Below are positions 60,431 to 64,000 of a stretch of 64,000 bases of DNA, one piece after another. Made by a program: the position numbers and the translations under genes. This DNA comes from an uncultured delta proteobacterium (lineage in GTDB: Bacteria; Desulfobacterota; Binatia; DP-6), in the NCBI GenBank assembly GCA_963815115.1, contig CAWFFN010000008.1, positions 192,001 to 256,000 of the forward strand. The letters are read 5' to 3'. How positions within the stretch are numbered: the first letter of the stretch is position 1; each line of letters starts with the position of its first letter. A model generated the notes under the pieces. That model saw only the letters and a list, made by a program, of their open reading frames with translations, made no database searches and was not told the DNA's origin.

Positions 60431-61270
60431 ATGGCGCCGGCGCCTGCCGCCGCCCGCATCACGATGTCGTACAAGATCTATCTCTGGGACGCGCTCAGCG
60501 CGATCGAGTGGAGCCAGGCCGCGTGGCGCATCGGCGGCAACGACGCCTCGACCGAGAACTGCACCGTCGAGATGATCCATGACGTCCTGCTCGAGCACCT
60601 GCCGAAGGACGGGCTCATCGTCGACGCGGGCTGCGGCACCGCGAAGTGGCCCATCTATCTCGGCCGTGCGGGCTACCGCTGCGTGGGCGTGGAGATCAGC
60701 CACGACGCCTGCCTGGCGGCGCGCGCCGTCGATCCGACGCTTCGTCTGGTGCGCGGCGACACGCGGCGCGCCCCGCTCGCGAGCGGCTGCGCCGACGCGG
60801 TCCTGTCCCTCGGCGTCGTCGAGCACGACGAGGCGGGACCGGCGGCCGGCCTGCGGGAGCTGCGACGCATCCTCAAGCCGGGCGGCGTGCTCGTCCTCGC
60901 CGTACCGTTCAACAACCCCTTCCGCCGGCTCCTGGTGAACCATCTCCAGACCTGGGTCACCTGGAGGCGCCGTCGCGCGCGCATGTCCCTCGGCTTTGCC
61001 GAGTACCGCTTCAGCGCGCGCGAGGTGCGACACCACCTCGCCGACGCGGGATTCGAGATCCTCGCATCCTACCCGAACGACCTGCGAGCGCCGAAGGTGA
61101 TGGGCCTCTGGGTCGACAACGACAACCTGGTGGTCAACCCGCTCGTCCGGACCGACCCGGATCGGCTCTTCATCCTTCCCGGCTGGAAGGGCCGGCTCGC
61201 CCGGGTCGCGCTCGACCGGGCTCCGTGGCTGGTGTGCGGCGAGGCGGCGTTCGTCGCCCGCGCGCGTTGA
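60431..61270 (+). CDS. Class I SAM-dependent methyltransferase
   Basis: DAGCGT, GVVEH, RILKPGG. Confidence 0.9.
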   Translation: MAPAPAAARITMSYKIYLWDALSAIEWSQAAWRIGGNDASTENCTVEMIHDVLLEHLPKDGLIVDAGCGTAKWPIYLGRAGYRCVGVEISHDACLAARAVDPTLRLVRGDTRRAPLASGCADAVLSLGVVEHDEAGPAAGLRELRRILKPGGVLVLAVPFNNPFRRLLVNHLQTWVTWRRRRARMSLGFAEYRFSAREVRHHLADAGFEILASYPNDLRAPKVMGLWVDNDNLVVNPLVRTDPDRLFILPGWKGRLARVALDRAPWLVCGEAAFVARAR

Positions 61271-61285
61271 GCCGCGAGCGCGCGA

Positions 61286-62470
61286 TCAGCGCAGCCCCAG
61301 GCGCTCGAGCGGCAGGGGGCGATCCAGGATGCCGTCGCGCAGCCCGCGCAGGGTCTCCGCCATCTCGCTCATGCGCCCGCTGCGCACCGCCCGCACGACG
61401 TCGCGCGGGAGACGCCAGCCGAGCGCGAGCGGCAGAGCGGCCACTCGCCGCGCCGTAGCGAGCGTCCCGCCGTCGTCCTTCCCGCCCCCGAGATACGCCC
61501 GCGCCACGTCCGGCCACGTGAAGCGCCCGAGGCGGAACCATCCTTCGGCGCCGAGCAGGACCGCCATCGCCTCGAGCGGCAGCTGGCGCGCGAGGGCACG
61601 GGCGAACGCGCGGCGCTGATCACGATCGGCATGCGATCGCAGCAGCCGGACGGTGTTGCGCATGCCGAGATACGTCCGCACCGGGTTCCACGGCATGGGC
61701 TCGGCGTTGGGCAGATCGGGAAGTCCCGAGCCCCACGCGCCGGCGGGCGGCTGCCGGGAGAAGCGCGCGGTGCTGCCCGAGCCACGGTGGAACACGCGCG
61801 AGTAGGGCTCGAAGAAGATCTCCCAGCCGGCCGCCCGGGCGCGCAGGCACCAGTCGACGTCCTCGTGATACGCGAAGTAGGCGTCGTCGAAGAGGCCGAC
61901 CTCGCGGAGCGCGTCGGCGCGCAGGAGCAGGCTGCATCCCGGCACCGCCCCGACCTGGAGGCGCCGGTCGAAGCCCTCGGAAGCGAGGCAGTTCACCCCG
62001 CGCAGCTGCACCACGTAGCGCTCGTGCAGGTGGACGTCGAGATACGCCACGTCGAGCAGCTCGGGACGGTCGAGCCGGAAGACGGCGCTGGCGACTGCGC
62101 CGCTGCGCGGGCTGTCGTTCATGGCGGCGAGCAGTGGCGCCAGGAAGTCGGCGGCGACCCGGGTGTCGTTGTTCAGGAGGAGGACGCCGGCCGCGCCCTG
62201 CTCGAGCGCCGCCTCCATGCCGGCGTTGTTGCCGCCGGCGTAGCCCCGGTTCTCGGGCAGGAGGAGGACGCGCTGGTGGGGAAAGCGCCCGCGAATCTCC
62301 TCCACCGACCCGTCGCGCGAGCCGTTGTCGACCACCAGGACCGAGGCCCCCCGGAGCTCCGCCGCCGCGAGGCTCTCCAGGCAGGCCACCGTGTCGCGCC
62401 CGCCGTTCCAGTTGAGCACGATGACGACGACGTCGCGCCCGGTCATGCCGCGCGGGTCCGCGCGGCTCAT
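61286..62470 (-). CDS. GT2 glycosyltransferase
   Basis: VLNWNG, VDNGSRDGS, LLNND, YHEDVDWC. Confidence 0.93.
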   Translation of the reverse strand: MSRADPRGMTGRDVVVIVLNWNGGRDTVACLESLAAAELRGASVLVVDNGSRDGSVEEIRGRFPHQRVLLLPENRGYAGGNNAGMEAALEQGAAGVLLLNNDTRVAADFLAPLLAAMNDSPRSGAVASAVFRLDRPELLDVAYLDVHLHERYVVQLRGVNCLASEGFDRRLQVGAVPGCSLLLRADALREVGLFDDAYFAYHEDVDWCLRARAAGWEIFFEPYSRVFHRGSGSTARFSRQPPAGAWGSGLPDLPNAEPMPWNPVRTYLGMRNTVRLLRSHADRDQRRAFARALARQLPLEAMAVLLGAEGWFRLGRFTWPDVARAYLGGGKDDGGTLATARRVAALPLALGWRLPRDVVRAVRSGRMSEMAETLRGLRDGILDRPLPLERLGLR

Positions 62471-63708
62471 CGCAGGCCCAGCTGCTCGAGAGGCAGCGGG
62501 CGGCCGAGCACACCATCCCAGTGCCCGCGCGCGCAGGCCTCGACCTCCGCGGTGAGCCCCTGCTCGCGCGCCCGCCGGACGTCACGCGGCAGCTCCCGCA
62601 GCAGGGCGGCCGGCGCATGCCACAGCGCGCGCAGCGCCTGCCGCAGGGTGGGGCGGCGATCACCCCGGGCGCCGACCGCCTCGAGGCAGTAGCGCGACAG
62701 GGCGCCATGGTACGAGAGCAGGCCGAGCTTCAGCTCTTCCTCGCGATCGACCACCACGGCGAGCATCTCGAGCGGCAGGTTGTAGAGCGTCGAGCCCGCG
62801 AAGTAGAGCGTGTGCGCGACGCCGGCGTGGTGGCGGATGAAGCGCACGGAGTTGCGCGCGCCGAGATAGGTGCGGACGGGATTCCACTGCAGCGGGATCG
62901 GATTCGGCAGCGACGTCTTCTCCTGCGCCGGCCGGGACCGTGCGGGCCGCTGCACGTCGGTGCTGCGCGAGTAGTGGTGCCAGACGCGCGAGTACGGCTG
63001 GTAGTAGATGTAGTATCCGGCCTTGCGGGCGCGCAGGCACCAGTCGATCTCCTCGTGGTACGCGAAGTACGACTCGTCGAGCAGGCCGACGCGCGCCAGC
63101 GCGTCGCCGGCGACCAGCATGCTGCAGCCGATGCCCGCGTCGACGCGGCGCAGCTGGTCGTAGCCCTCGCCGGGCAGTGCGTTGACGCCACGGCGGCGGT
63201 GGAGGCCGAAGCCGAAGTGGATGTCGGACCAGGCCTGCTGCAGCACCTGGGGCGAGTCGAGGCGCATGATCGCGCTCGACACCGCCGCGGCCCGCGGATC
63301 GCCGTTCAGCACCTCGAGCAGCGGCGCGAGGAAGTCGGCGGCGACGACCGTGTCGTTGTTCAGCAGCAGGATGGCGCCCGCGCCGCCGTCGAGCGCCGCG
63401 CGCATGCCGGCGTTGTTGCCGCCCGCGTAGCCGCGATTCTCCTCCAGCGCCAGGAGGCGGACCTGCGGGAAGCGCGCGGCGATGGCGTCGACCGAGCCGT
63501 CACGCGAGCCGTTGTCGACGACCCAGACGGTCGCGCCCTCGAGCGCGGCGCCGGTCAGGCTCTCCAGGCACGCGAGGGTGACGTCGCGGCCGTTCCAGTT
63601 GAGCACGATGATGGCGACGTCGGCGGGCGTGAGCCGGCGGTTCGGGCCCGGCGGCGCGGAGCCGATGAGCGGGGCCAGGAGCCGGCGCACACGGGGACGA
63701 AGTTGCAT
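62467..63708 (-). CDS. GT2 glycosyltransferase, tandem paralogue
   Basis: VLNWNG, VDNGSRDGS, LLNND, YHEEIDWC; same terminus RPLPLExLGLR. Confidence 0.93.
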   Translation of the reverse strand: MQLRPRVRRLLAPLIGSAPPGPNRRLTPADVAIIVLNWNGRDVTLACLESLTGAALEGATVWVVDNGSRDGSVDAIAARFPQVRLLALEENRGYAGGNNAGMRAALDGGAGAILLLNNDTVVAADFLAPLLEVLNGDPRAAAVSSAIMRLDSPQVLQQAWSDIHFGFGLHRRRGVNALPGEGYDQLRRVDAGIGCSMLVAGDALARVGLLDESYFAYHEEIDWCLRARKAGYYIYYQPYSRVWHHYSRSTDVQRPARSRPAQEKTSLPNPIPLQWNPVRTYLGARNSVRFIRHHAGVAHTLYFAGSTLYNLPLEMLAVVVDREEELKLGLLSYHGALSRYCLEAVGARGDRRPTLRQALRALWHAPAALLRELPRDVRRAREQGLTAEVEACARGHWDGVLGRPLPLEQLGLR

Positions 63709-63844
63709 GGGTCGAGCGCCGGCGAATCGTAGTCGGCGCCTCCCCGGGGGTCAACGTTCGGGCGCGCTCGGCAGCCGCGCGGTTGCCGCCCTCGACCGTC
63801 CCCTGGTATAGCCCCCGATCTCACCGGCCACCCGCCGTCCCCGC

Positions 63845-64000
63845 ATGCGCTCCAGAAGCTGGCAACTCACCGTCCAATTCGCCCTCAAGGACTTCAAGAT
63901 CCGCTATACCCACTCGGTCCTGGGCTACGCCTGGTCGGTCCTCAACCCGCTGGTCTTCGCGGTCATCTACTACCTGGTCTTCTCCGTCTTCATCCGCTTC
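63845..64000 (+). CDS. wzm: ABC-2 polysaccharide export permease, partial
   Basis: Manual translation KDFKIRYTHSVLGYAWSVLNPL. Confidence 0.85.
   Translation, partial: MRSRSWQLTVQFALKDFKIRYTHSVLGYAWSVLNPLVFAVIYYLVFSVFIRF

Overview
GC-rich bacterial chromosome segment. Gene content suggests a deltaproteobacterium-like lineage such as Binatia, but this is inference only. Housekeeping genes occupy 1-10475 (DnaJ-type chaperone, rpoZ, tlyA-ispA-xseB-xseA-ctpA, lgt, dtd, trmL, an MBL-fold lipoprotein) and 42483-64000 (MMPL transporter, glpX-fbaB, an ABC exporter pair, and a surface-glycan locus with glycosyl-, methyl- and acyltransferases plus wzm). Between them lies a ~32 kb island bounded by an 80-bp direct repeat of the MBL gene 3' end (10396-10475 and 42407-42486); I recognise no integrase in it. 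The island carries secreted Cys-rich modular proteins, a VapBC pair, a phage terS/cos remnant, a HEPN-like ORF and many gene fragments. It also has four copies of a hairpin repeat (64 to ~100 bp). One copy is split at an AG/CT core by an IS110 element and three are empty, so the target, donor junction and candidate bridge-RNA guides can be read from this window. Dense frameshifts at 2.9-6.8 kb are probably sequencing errors.
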